64,000 nucleotides of DNA from Octopus vulgaris (GCA_951406725.2 OX597817.1:129270001-129334000), one strand, 5' to 3'; shown: positions 14,856 to 28,134, counted from the stretch's first letter. Numbers and translations: made by a program. The notes: a model not told the origin generated them from the letters alone.

Positions 14856-15499
14856 ATTATTATTATTTACATAATTTTCCTTAGGTAAATATCCGCCTTA
14901 AAAATCTTTTCCCTTCTTTGCCACCACTGCTATCATTATCATCAGTATCACCACGAACACAATCAACATCATCGACATCATCATTAAGATTGTTGTCTAT
15001 TTAGACAGTATCGTTTCCGTCTCTATTCGTGCATTTCCGAGTCTTATATACCAAATACCCTATTCTCTCGCACGTCCAATTGTTTTCCTTTCTTTCCCTC
15101 CGTGTCATGCATACAGAAACGTTTTTCACCATTTCTTTCTCTCACACATTCATATTTGTTTCAAGCACAAATATACACATATACACACATCCTCTCTCTC
15201 ACTCTTCTCATCTCTCTCCCCATCTCTTTCCCTCTTTCTCTTTCCCTCTCTCTCCCCTTCTCTTTCCTATCTTTCTTCCTCTCCTTTTCCTCCCAGTCGC
15301 TTTGCGTGTTTACATGTGCATATATGTGTAGATGGTGGAAGGAGGCTGTAGCATACACAGTTATATGTGCATGCATATACATACATATGCATCTGAGCGT
15401 GTGTCTGTGTGTCTATACATATAAATTGTATTAATATGTATATAAATGCATAGATGCGCATGCATGTATGGACATATATATGTATGTACGTGCATATAT

Positions 15500-15547
<48 letters not shown>

Positions 15548-15825
15548 ATACACGCACGCACGCAACGCACATCATTCACTATCTTCTCTCACAAAATTTC
15601 AATTTCCTTCCGGTAGGTTTTCTGTAATATGACAGACTCAGCATCGCTTCCACTCGTCTCAGCAGCAACTCCCCGTTCTCCCCGCATGACATGTAATAGA
15701 AGAGTAAAGAATACAAGCCGGGTATTGGACCACCTACAGAGCCGTAATTGCTACAAACAGAAACGTTAACAACAATAGCAAAAAAAAAAACAAAAGCGAT
15801 GATGGTGATGATGACGCCAACGACA

Positions 15826-16223
<398 letters not shown>

Positions 16224-16475
16224 GGTATAAAAGATGGGCTACAGCAAATATTCTGCTCAATACCACAGATTTGCTTGTCAGTTGTTTGACCTTAACCAGT
16301 TGAGCATGTCCCTTAGTGCTGTTTATCTTGATATGAGATCACCATGTCGCGCACATAAGGTTGTGATGCATGTTGCCTGGTGTGCCCTTATCAGACGGGT
16401 AGTCATGATGGGTATATTGGGCTTCGTATATTTTACCCCAGTGTCACTTTGATGGCATGAACTGCTCTCTCACTC

Positions 16476-16555
<80 letters not shown>

Positions 16556-17017
16556 TAATGGGCTACAGCAAATATTCTGCTCAATACCACAGATTTGCTT
16601 GTCAGTTGTTTGACCTTAACCAGTTGAGCATGTCCCTTAGTGGCTGACGATATGTGCATCTCTGATCACGAGCAGAAGTAGTGGGGGAGCATCATAGCCA
16701 TGTGTTGAGAGGGATTCTTTGGGGTTTGAATAATTCACCTCTGGAAACATGGGTGGTTCTTTCAACATCCTTAAACAACCCTTATTCAGGGACCGTTTGA
16801 ACGGGATGGGCTACTCAACCTGAAGAAAATTCTAACTGGGCCCCACCTGCAAGGTCATGTGCTGTTTATCTTGATATGAGATCACCATGTCGCGCACATA
16901 AGGTTGTGATGCATGTGCCTGGTGTGCCCTTATCAGACGGGTAGTCATGATGGGTATATTGGGCTTCGTATATTTTACCCCAGTGTCACTTTGATGGCAT
17001 GAACTGCTCTCTCACTC

Positions 17018-17096
<79 letters not shown>

Positions 17097-17553
17097 GGCT
17101 ACAGCAAATATTCTGCTCAATACCACAGATTTGCTTGTCAGTTGTTTGACCTTAACCAGTTGAGCATGTCCCTTAGTGGCTGACGATATGTGCATCTCTG
17201 ATCACGAGCAGAAGTAGTGGGGGAGCATCATAGCCATGTGTTGAGAGGGATTCTTTGGGGTTTGAATAATTCACCTCTGGAAACATGGGCAGTTCTTTCA
17301 ACATCCTTAAACAACCCTTATTCAGGGACTTATTGAGTGGGGTGGGTTACTCGACCAGAAGAAAATTCTAACTGGGCCCCACCTGCAAGATCATGTGCTG
17401 TTTATCTTGATATGAGATCACCATGTCGCGCACATATGGTTGTGATGCATGTGCCTGGTGTGCCCTTATCAGACAGGTAGTCATGATGGGTGTATTGGGC
17501 TTCGTATATTTTACCCCAGTGTCACTTTGATGGCATGAACTGCTCTCTCACTC
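16224..17553 (+). mobile_element. Three tandem copies of a non-coding (TAA)n-associated retroposon (16224-16475 deleted, 16558-17017, 17094-17553)
   Basis: Same 3' end gatggcatgaactgctctctcactc(aat)n; 5' truncated relative to the copy at 23487; separated by (TAA)n. Confidence 0.85.
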
Positions 17554-17667
17554 AATAATAATAATAATAATAATAATAATAAGAAGAAGAAGAAGAAGAA
17601 TGTGAATATTGCTGATGAGGTGATGATGGGGAGGTGATGCATCACTGAACACATGCTCATTACAGAT

Positions 17668-17710
<43 letters not shown>

Positions 17711-17891
17711 CGTGCGTGTGAGTTTGTATGCATGTTATGCATATAAGCTTAAGTAAAATATAAAGTCTCATAAGATTTTATAAGGTTAAATTTTTGTTAA
17801 TTACACTATATAAAGCATAATCAGATACCGATATACTGCATACATACATACACATACACACACACATACACACACACACACATACACACAT

Positions 17892-17926
<35 letters not shown>

Positions 17927-18647
17927 CATATATGTATATACATACTCACACATATATATGCATGTATGTATATAAGCATATATAAGCATATATACATATA
18001 TATATATATACATATATGTATATATATCTATATATATATTTATATATATATATACATACATATATATATATGACGACGACGGCCACCACCACCACAACCA
18101 CCACCACCAACAACAACAACAACAACAGCAATGCCACTACTAGCAACAACACTACCAAAGCAGCACCACCACAAAAAGCAATCACTTTTATACCAGCACC
18201 AACGTCGATGTCACCACTCACATCAATAACTGTACCGGTAGCAGCACCTCTGCGACAACAACAGAAACAGCGGCGACAATAATGACAACAGCAACAACCA
18301 CAACAGCAACAACAACAGTACTATGCATAAATATTCCTAATAGGAAAACAAAAGGGAAAAACAAGAGTAACGAAAAGACAAAGCACTTAAAAAAAACAAT
18401 AGTAAACAACAACAACAGTCTCAACAGTCACAGCAACAGCAATAACACAACGGCAATAGCAATAGCAACAGCAACAACAACAACAATAGCAACGCATAAA
18501 CAAAAGAGAACCGGAAACGAAAGGGGCAGAGTTGGCAGGAAGTTTCTTATTTCCGATGGCGGAAGCTGCAAGTGGGAGTCAAACTGCAGAATAAGCCTGG
18601 GCAAAATATGCAATTACAAAATACAACCTGATTCTCTGTAGTGTCTG

Positions 18648-18702
18648 AGGAGAAAGAAAGAGAGAAAGCGAGAAAGAAAGAAACAGAGAAAGAAAGAAAC
18701 AG

Positions 18703-18744
<42 letters not shown>

Positions 18745-18767
18745 TAAGGAAGAAAGACGGGGAGGAA

Positions 18768-18804
<37 letters not shown>

Positions 18805-19094
18805 GGAGAAAGAAAGAAAAAAACAACGAAGGAAAGGAAGAAAGAAAGGAAGGAAGAAAGGAAGAAAGAAAAAAGAAAGAAAGAAAGGAAGAAAGAAAGA
18901 AAGGAAGAAGGAAGAAACAAAGAAATAAAGATATAAAGAAAGAAAGATAGAAAGAAAGAAAGAAAGAAAGAAAGAAAGGAAGAACGGAAGAGAGAAAGAA
19001 AGAACGAAAGAAAGGGAGAAAGAAAGAAAGAACGAAGGAAAGGAAGGGAGAAACAAAGAAATAAAGAAAGAAAGAAAGAAAGATAGAAAGAAAA

Positions 19095-19130
<36 letters not shown>

Positions 19131-19280
19131 GAAGGGAGAAAAAAGAAAGAAAGAAAGGAAGATAGAAAGAAAGGAAGGAAGAAAGAAAGGAAAGAAAGAA
19201 AGGAAGAAAGGAAGAAAGAAAGGAAGAAACAAATAGATAAAGAAGGAAGGAAGGAAGAAAGAAATAAAGAAAGAAAGAAA

Positions 19281-19313
<33 letters not shown>

Positions 19314-19400
19314 GAAGGAAGGAAGGAAGGAAAGAAGGAAGGAAGGAAGGAAAGGAGGAAGGAAGGAAAGGAGGAAGGAAGGAAAGGAGGAAGGAAGAAG
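18648..19400. repeat. (GAAA)n/(GGAA)n polypurine tract
   Basis: Direct. Confidence 0.95.
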
Positions 19401-19665
19401 CATATCGCTGTCTATTCTACACTACCTGACCAAAAATCCGAAAGTTATATTTTGTTTTTCAGAATGGCAGTGTATCAAAGTTCTGTGTTCTTTTGTGGCC
19501 GCTGTTGTTTCTATTGTTTATATAGGATGACAACTAATGTGTCTCAGAATATTAAAATATACACTATTATATACAATTATACACACACACACATACACAC
19601 ACACATACACACGCACACACACACACATATACGCACACATATTATATGTGTTATATAATATATAT

Positions 19666-19798
19666 TATTTGCCAACATAATGTGGCTGTCCTGGAAGGGA
19701 CAATTTTTACTGTTGTTTAACCTCAGGAAACATCGTTCTGGGGCTAAACAACAGTAACATTCGTCCCTTCCAGGACAGCCACATTATGTTCGCAAATA
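19666..19798. repeat. Hairpin/inverted repeat (MITE-like or fold-back)
   Basis: aacataatgtggctgtcctggaagggac pairs with gtcccttccaggacagccacattatgtt; inner actgttgtttaa/ctaaacaacagt. Confidence 0.85.
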
Positions 19799-20235
19799 GT
19801 CTTTACTTTAAATAACTGTTACTGAATATCTCTCTTTGAGAGATTTAGAAATAATAATGCTTCGATTTATAACATATATTTTACATGTAGTATAAATTTC
19901 GAGGTCAAATGAAAGTACTTGGGTCGATAAAAATCACTCTAAACATTTACATGCAATAAAATCAACTACCTTAATACAAACGGCTACTAGTAGTTTCGTG
20001 AAATTATGTCATAGTTACATAAGAACTCTTATATCATTCTTTCCGTGAAGTAGATAAGATTTTCTCAAAATCCTGATGAGTGTTTTCTGAGATATGATTC
20101 ATAGCCGATGGTTCTAAAACAACTTAGGAATTGACTAGCTGGTCACAGAATAACTTAATTCTGAAGCAGTTGTAACCCTATGGACACATTAAATCTTTTG
20201 CCGCTCACATTTCTTGGTTTTTGAATATGTGTGTG

Positions 20236-20310
<75 letters not shown>

Positions 20311-20312
20311 TA

Positions 20313-20540
20313 AATATTAGGGAATAAATCCAAATTTACAGGGAAAAATCAGATTTAGGATTAAATCCAATTTTATAGTAAAATATTATATAATATTAAT
20401 TCGAGACAAAACCACTATTTTGCAAAACAAACAAGGAAAGACTTAATCAATACATAAAAATTTTAATATAAAGAAATAAACCGCCACTACAATCGTTTCA
20501 TGTCTTCAAATGACATTCGTCAGGTGACACCAACGTGTCA
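20313..20540 (-). mobile_element. PLE-derived 3' end, same family as 5041, abutting (TA)n
   Basis: aaatattagggaataaatccaaa..gaaaaatcagatttaggatt shared with 5041. Confidence 0.8.
20482..20529 (-). ncRNA. Hammerhead ribozyme (type I, minimal), intact core
   Basis: Minus strand: tgtcac CTGACGA atgtc atttgaa gacat GAAAC gatt GTA gtggcg; stems I and II pair fully, GUA cleavage triplet. Confidence 0.85.
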
Positions 20541-20833
20541 TTTCGATCTAAAATATCAATATATTAAAATATAAGTTTAAAAAAATAAAATTATCAATGA
20601 AAAATATAAATATATATAATCTATATATAATCTATATATAATCAATATATAATCTAAAATAAACCCTATAAACAATTGAATATAAAGAAACCTATTATTA
20701 AAGTTTTAAAGATGTACAAAAAAACAAAAAACAAAAAAAAAACAAAACAACAAAAACAAAAAAACAAAAAGCAATAAATGCACACACATATTCAAAAACC
20801 AAGAAATGTGAGCGGCAAAAGATTTAATGTGTC

Positions 20834-21094
20834 ACGAGGGAGAGTTCACGAAAAAAACAAAAGACGAAGACAGGTGGTATAGAAAACAAAACAGATGTAT
20901 TAGTATTACGCTAAGGAATTGAAAACTTATTTTACGTTTCGAGCCTACGCTCTTCTATGGAAAGGAACACAGAAAGAAACAAGGAGAGAACAAAATGTGT
21001 GTAGTGGCTACCGATCTATCATGGTGACTGCCGGACAGAAGGGTCACACAGGGGAACGAAGAAGTGGGGGGGATAACAAAGTAAAGATGATCCC

Positions 21095-21098
<4 letters not shown>
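20834..21098 (-). mobile_element. PLE 3' terminal region (family of 30890), HHR-like motif at 20930-20964
   Basis: Minus: cttt ccatagaa gagc gtag gctc GAAACGTA aaat; homologous to 31700-31960 and 47250-47520. Confidence 0.75.
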
Positions 21099-21143
<45 letters not shown>

Positions 21144-21147
<4 letters not shown>

Positions 21148-21468
21148 AAAACAAATCAAGGTAGAAAATGCTAAAATAATTTTATAAAAAAAACATTTCA
21201 GTACCGGTTTCAGTCATTGAGACTTTTCAACTGTAAGGTTGGAAAACAATTAAATTTTGGAAAAATCAAAAGAAAAGATTTTAAAAGTATATTTGCATAG
21301 TATTCAAATACAAGGGGCATCTTTCTTGTTTCTGCCTGTCTCTGTCTCTCTTGTTTATTCTTGGGGGTTCCATACTTACAGTTGAAAAAGTCGCAATGAC
21401 TTAAACTGGTACTGAAATGTTTTTTATAAAATTATTTTAGCATTTTCTACCTTGACATTTGTTTTCCA
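21144..21468. mobile_element. Inverted-repeat element in (TA)n with variant HHR in each arm
   Basis: 21144-21237 is inverted at 21375-21468; arm consensus cag TTGAAAA agtc Ncaat gact GAAACCGGTA ctg. Confidence 0.8.
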
Positions 21469-21508
21469 TATATATCAACTCGTGCGTTCCTTTTCAATCT
21501 TCTATGTA

Positions 21509-21584
<76 letters not shown>

Positions 21585-21585
<1 letters not shown>

Positions 21586-22162
21586 TTTTCTACAAAAGGC
21601 ACAAGGCACAAAATTTTGGAGAAGGCGTCTAGTCGATTTCATCGACTCCAGTGTTTCACTGGTACTTAATTTATCGACTCCGAAAGGATGAAAGGCAAAG
21701 TCGACCTAGGCGGAATTTGAACTCAGAACGTTGCGGCAGATGAAATACCTATTTCTTTATTACCCACAAGGGGCTAAACACAGAGCGGACAAACAAGGAC
21801 AGACATAGGTATTAAGTCGATTACATCGACCCCAGTGCGTAACTGGTACTTAATTTATCGACCCCGAAAGGATGAAAGGCAAAGTCGACCTCGGCGGAAT
21901 TTGAACTCACAACGTAACGCAGACGAAATACCTATTTCTTTATTACCCACAAGGGGCTAAACACAGAGGGGACAAACAAGGACAGACATAGGTATTAAGT
22001 CGATTACATCGACCCCAGTGCGTAACTGGTACTTAATTTATCGACCCCGAAAGGATGAAAGGCAAAGTCGACCTCGGCGGAATTTGAACTCACAACGTAA
22101 CGCAGACGAAATACCGCTAAGCATTTCGCCCGGCGTGCTAACGTTTCTGCCAGCTCGCCGCC
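21585..22162 (-). mobile_element. SINE family B trimer, 183-bp period
   Basis: atacc at 21745, 21928, 22111; single head ending 22162, tail 1 at 21585. Confidence 0.9.
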
Positions 22163-22417
22163 TTTAGAATTGGCAGTAATAATAACGTGGACAATAATAA
22201 TGTTAGTGGTGATGATAATGATGATGATGATGAGGAGGAGGACGAGGAGGATTGTATGTATATGTATATATATGTATGTGTATGTATATAAATGCGAATA
22301 ATTTATACACACACGCGCTCGCACACACACACACACGCACAGACATGCACACGCACAATATTAAGATACATATATATATATATATACACACAAATACATA
22401 CATACAAGTATGCATAC

Positions 22418-22508
<91 letters not shown>

Positions 22509-22842
22509 CTGACAGACATGAATACCCGATATAAATGCATATGCATTATACATATATACTCTGCACGAATACACACACATACATAAACATATATATATAT
22601 ATGCACACGCGCACACACAAACAGACACACTGTCTCTCTTTCTCTCACACAGACACTCAATCACACACACATGCATGTATATACATACAATCCCATATAG
22701 ATATGCAGGTGTTCCTGTCGTCAAACGTTCGGGCTTCGATCCTCCAGGCTCAACTTCCTGCTCAAGTTAAGACTCACAATATATTTTTATATACACGCAT
22801 ACATAAATACACACACACACACTCCCCCCGCACGCATACACA

Positions 22843-22890
<48 letters not shown>

Positions 22891-23104
22891 TATATTTCTT
22901 TTTGTGCGATGAGACTGATTTTGTTTATATATAATGTCTTTTTTATTGTAGTGCTCTCTCGTACGTACATGAATATTTAATGGAATAGTGTCAGATGATT
23001 AGCAGCACGGCTACAATGATGGCAAGAACGATGTAAATGATGATGATAATAAAATACCCCACCACCATAATACCGCTGTTGTTCTTGTAGGTAATAGCAA
23101 TAAT

Positions 23105-23320
23105 AATCTTTTCTATTATAAGCACAAGGCCTGAAATTTTTTATCAGAGGTGGTTGGTGGATTTCATGGACCCCCAATACTTAACTGGTAATTATTTCAT
23201 CGACCCTGGAAGAATGAAAGGTTGATAGCGGTGGAATTTGAACTCAGAAAGTAATGACAGAGAAAAAAAAATGCTTAGCGGCTTTTTGTCGGATGCCAAC
23301 AATTCTGTTAGCTCGCTACT
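23105..23320 (-). mobile_element. SINE family B, degenerate
   Basis: gcacaaggcctgaaattt..aactggta..gaatttgaactcagaa. Confidence 0.75.
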
Positions 23321-23323
23321 TTG

Positions 23324-23402
<79 letters not shown>

Positions 23403-23416
23403 TGATGATGATGATG

Positions 23417-23485
<69 letters not shown>

Positions 23486-23486
23486 T

Positions 23487-24040
23487 GCCCTGATGATGTA
23501 CCAAGTAGTAGCACCCTTGGCATCTGAACTTAACTGACTGGAAGTGTTCTCATGTACATTTTTTGTAGTGGTGTAAAATAGATGGCATGCAGCAAATATT
23601 TTTATCAATACCACAGATGGGCTTGTCAGTTGTTTGACCTTAACCAGTTGAGCATGTCCTTTGGTGGCCGATGATATGTACATCACTGGTCACGAGCAGG
23701 AGTAGTGGGGGAGCATCGTAGCTATATGTTGAGAGGAATTCTTTGGGGTTTGAATAATTCATCTCTGGAAACTTTGGTGTCTCGATCAACACCCTTAAAC
23801 AACCTTTATTCAGAGACCTTTTGAGCGGGATGGGCTGCTTGAGCTGAAGAAAATTCTACCTGGATCCCACCTGCAAGGTCATGCGCTGTTCATGTTGACA
23901 TAAGATCACCATGTCGCGCACATATGGTTGTGATGCATGTGCCTGGGGTACGCTAATCAAACAGGCAGTCATAATGGGTATATTGGGCTTCGTATATTTG
24001 TAGCCCAGTGTCACTTTGATGGCATGCACTGCTCTCACTC
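23487..24040 (+). mobile_element. Longest and more diverged copy of the (TAA)n-associated retroposon
   Basis: Homologous to the 16558 copy with about 95 bp of extra 5' sequence; (TAA)n on both sides. Confidence 0.85.
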
Positions 24041-24043
24041 AAC

Positions 24044-24122
<79 letters not shown>

Positions 24123-24139
24123 CTGATGATGATCCTTTC

Positions 24140-25020
24140 TACTATAACCATATAATTTGAAGTAAGATATAGAAAGCTGGAAGAATGACAAGAAACTACT
24201 GACAGCATACCGAAACCACCACCCTGAAGCAGATATAAATTGGCTATACCTATCCTACACATAAAGAGAGCGTGACCTGACACAAATGAAAAAAATTATT
24301 TTAAATAACAAGAGTTGTACTGCACAAATACTTAACAGCATGTAGTGGAAGACTCATAAATGTAGTAAAGAATCATTAAAAAAGGCTCTTCTCTAAACAC
24401 ACAAAAAAGCGATAAAATACAAGGCAGAAATAGGATATACGACAGAAATGGTTCAAATGGTATAACGAGAAAGTAACATGGAAACAAGAGTATAAAGCAT
24501 ACTCAAGAAGAAGTGAATTGAAAACCAATCTACGGCTAATACCGTGCAAGGCTCGATAGAAAAGTAAGGCAAAGTGTAACCTAACAATGCTACGGTCTAA
24601 AAGAAGAACAAGGAACAAGACTGATTTTTTGCAGCACAAGTTCAATATCTGGTCACAAATATTCATAGGAATAAAATATTGAAATCAGAATACCAAATTC
24701 AGAATGTGCAGGCAGTACGATGAAACTGTTGATCACACCATCACTTGTTGCCTACTCCTTGCCAAAATCTGAATATACATGTTTGATCGTGTTGGCAAGA
24801 ACATTCACTGGGCAATATGCCAACACGTTGGTGTGAAAATGAACAAGGAGTACAAACATGTACTAAAGACGGTACATGACAATAACCTGCCTTGTCCTGG
24901 TTGACAAAGATATGGTCATGGGCCGTCGAAACATAATAAACGACTGTAAATCAAAAACAGGCACACTATATGTCCATCTCTTTTGATAAAATTATTGCAA
25001 CATAGTAGGTTACAAGACAT
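24140..25020 (+). pseudogene. R4/Dong-like RLE LINE remnant, old
   Basis: KKLLTAYRNHHPEADINWLYL, FRMCRQYDETVDHTITCCLLLAK, IHWAICQH; homologous to the 42.7-44.4 kb element; follows (TAA)n. Confidence 0.7.
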
Positions 25021-25034
25021 AGTAGGTTAAATTG

Positions 25035-25160
25035 AAGACTTTGTCTTTCATCCTTTCAGAATCGATAAATTAAGCACCAGTTGCGTACTGGGGGTCGATC
25101 TAATCGACTGGCCCCCGCCCCCAAAAATTCGGGCCTTGTGCCTAAAGTACAAAAGAATAT
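25035..25160 (+). mobile_element. SINE family B, 5'-truncated
   Basis: Core plus tail 1. Confidence 0.75.
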
Positions 25161-25199
25161 CTATGAACATGTATTATTATTACGCTAGTGCATGCTAAT

Positions 25200-26245
25200 T
25201 TTGCTAGCAGGTATTTTATCATGAGGTTTGGTGACAAGTTTCCTCAAATCTCGAGAATCTTTCTTAGGATTCTTACAGAATATAGAATAGTACTTTACAG
25301 CGTAAGTTTCAATTCTATTTTCTTTCAGTATTTTGGTTAGGATTTGGAGTATTGTGCCAAGTGCGTCAATTACTACGGGAATAATTGATGCCTTGATCAT
25401 CCACAATCTCTTTAGCTCTCTGGCTAGGGTCTGATATTTCTCAATGCTATCTGTTTCTTTGATATCGACTCTACTGTTACAGGGAATTGCAAAATCTGTC
25501 TTTACACTGTTTGTTTATTTTGTCCTCTATAATCATATCTAGTTTTCTTGCTTGAATAGTATGGCAAGTCCCACAAGTTCTTGTAATTCTCATTTTCTAT
25601 CACAGCCTCTGGTTTGTGTTCATACCACCTTTCTATTGTTTCGAAGCCACACACTCGGCTAACAACCCAATGCACTTTTTTGCTCACAGTCATGTCGGCG
25701 CTTCTACTTTTTGCCTAAGGGCTTGTATCTGAGCGGCTATAATTAGGGTTTCTGCCTGTCGTTTCAAGTCCCCATTCGTCAACCAAGTTCAGCTATCTTC
25801 TAACATTCTCGGGTTGTTGTAAGAATTGGCCATGTAATTCGATTTCTCTCCATTTGTTTATTTTCAAAATCATCCTCTTTCTTTTTGAATTCTCCTGATT
25901 CGGTCACGTTTTGGGTATCTCTGGCAGCCGATAACATTCTTTCTTTACTCTGCACAACGTAATTTTTCAGACCCAGTATCGCAGTACAAACAGTATGTTC
26001 TGCATTTAGGAATCTTTTGCACATTCCTTTCTTGGTTGGAAGACTCGCTCGGTATTTTAGGATGGAGTGTGCTGTGCATTATGAGCATTTTCAACGCACA
26101 TCCTATTGCTCAACCTTTGTTCATTTCAGAAAAGGAGCAGTGTATCTTAATATTCTCATAGCCTATCTTTTTATGGTTTTAATGACGTTCCTTCTATTTA
26201 GTTTTGTTTCGAACACCTTCCTAATTCTCTTCAAGTACTCATTTC
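25200..26245 (-). pseudogene. R4/Dong-like RLE LINE remnant
   Basis: WYEHKPEAVIENENYKNLWD, IIPVVIDALGTI; short (TAA)n downstream on the minus strand. Confidence 0.75.
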
Positions 26246-26267
26246 TCCTTCCATTATCCTATCGCCA

Positions 26268-26650
26268 GCGATGGCTCGTGGTTTAGTGGTTAGGGTATTC
26301 GACTCATGACCGTAAAATCGTGAATTCAATCCCCTCCCCCAAATTTCAGGCATTGTGCCTATAGTAGAAAGAATTATTATTATTATTATAATTATTATTA
26401 CTAATATTTTATCGGGATTGATAAAGTAAGTACTGGGGTTGATATAATTCGATTTACCCAATTCCCCGAAATTGCTGGCCTTTTGTCAAAATTTGAAACC
26501 AATATTTGTTTCGGTTCTTTACCTTCCGAGTTCAAAATTCCTTCCGGGGTCGAATCTCTCTTTCAAATCTTTCCGGAGTCGTAAAAATAAAATACGAGTC
26601 AAGTCCTGAAGCCAATATAATCAGCTCAACCCTACCCACTCCCATGTGGC
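26268..26650 (+). mobile_element. tRNA head fused to family B tail, plus family B fragments
   Basis: gtggtttagtggttagggtattcgactcatgacc..gaattcaatccc joined to ctcccccaaatttcaggcattgtgcctatagtagaaag(att)n. Confidence 0.6.
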
Positions 26651-26829
26651 TAAATTAGACATGATCATGTTTTGAAATTATCATCATTCATTAAAATTAC
26701 TAATTATTAATGTTAGAGATGAATATCGCTGACGTTATTGTCGAGACATTAATTTAGTTCTGCTCGCGGTAAAGAACTACTCCAATCCTTTTCCACTGTC
26801 AATAATACTCCTACAACCGCTGCCATCAT

Positions 26830-26892
26830 ATCCACCACCACCCACCATCACCACCACCACTACTCCTCCTCCTCCTCCTCCTCCTCCTCCTC

Positions 26893-26923
<31 letters not shown>

Positions 26924-26987
26924 CACCACCACTACTACTACTACTGCTACTAATACCACCACCACCACCACCACCACCACCACCACC

Positions 26988-27056
<69 letters not shown>

Positions 27057-27058
27057 GC
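26830..27058. repeat. (CCT)/(CTA)/(CAC)n compound repeat
   Basis: Direct. Confidence 0.95.
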
Positions 27059-27490
27059 TTACACATTCATCACATTAGCCATCACAATAATCGCCTCTAC
27101 ATTAATACAGCCAAAACCTATAGCATTTCTTCTCCCAGCTCCAACACCATCATCTATATCGCTTCTAACGCTACAGTACCACTTACACTAGCGCCAGTAC
27201 TTCAACTGCTTGTTGTAACAGAGGCGGTGTTGATGTTTCTGCTACAAGGCATCAACCAGTATAACAATCATAAACACCAGCACACCACCAGCACACCACC
27301 ACCACACCACCACCACCACCACCACCACCACCACCACCACCGCTACAAAGACCAACATCATAGCAATTCTGCTTCCTGCTGCAACGAATGTAGCATTCAG
27401 TCCAGTGCATCTATGCAGCTGCCCTTTTCTTTTTTCTCAATACCAGATCATCATCATCAGCAGCATTGTCATCATCGTCGTCGCCGTCGT

Positions 27491-27535
<45 letters not shown>

Positions 27536-27832
27536 TATCATTATAAATTACTTTTACCATCAAAACGAGTCGCTCATACCCTACATACACACCAATACCA
27601 TTATCCTCACCACCACCACCACCACTACTCATTACTTCACTTCAATCTTTATCCCGAGTACACACATACATAGTCTCATAAGGGCGCACACACACACAGA
27701 TATAAGTGCACACGCACTCATGCATGCCTCTGAAGAGACGGCCGTGCACGGCACATTAAACGATGTTACACACACACACACACACATACACACACACAAA
27801 CACACGAGTATATGTATATACATATATATATA

Positions 27833-27997
27833 TACAATGGGCTTCTTTCAGTTTCCGTTTACCAAATTCTCTGACAAAGCATTGGTCGGCCCGAGGCTAT
27901 AATAGAAGACACTTACCCAAGGTGCCACGCACTGGGACTGAACCCGGAACCGATTGGTCGGGAAGCAAATGTCTTACTATACAGCCACTCCTGCGCC
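27833..27997 (-). mobile_element. SINE family A, 5' half
   Basis: gcttctttcagtttccg..caaggtgccacgc..gccactcctgcgcc. Confidence 0.85.
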
Positions 27998-28011
27998 TTT
28001 ATATATATATG

Positions 28012-28070
<59 letters not shown>

Positions 28071-28098
28071 TTATACACATACACACGCTTACACAGAC

Positions 28099-28134
<36 letters not shown>

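Noticed and set aside
20070-20140. CTGATGA followed by a possible gtgtttt/aaaacaac stem
   Set aside because: No GAAA or stem I partner
21745-22111. CRISPR-like regular repeats (also the trio at 16.2-17.5 kb)
   Set aside because: Long near-identical units without unique spacers; eukaryotic retroposon arrays
23487-23540. CTGATGA at the 5' end of the TAA-associated element
   Set aside because: No GAAA core; likely chance
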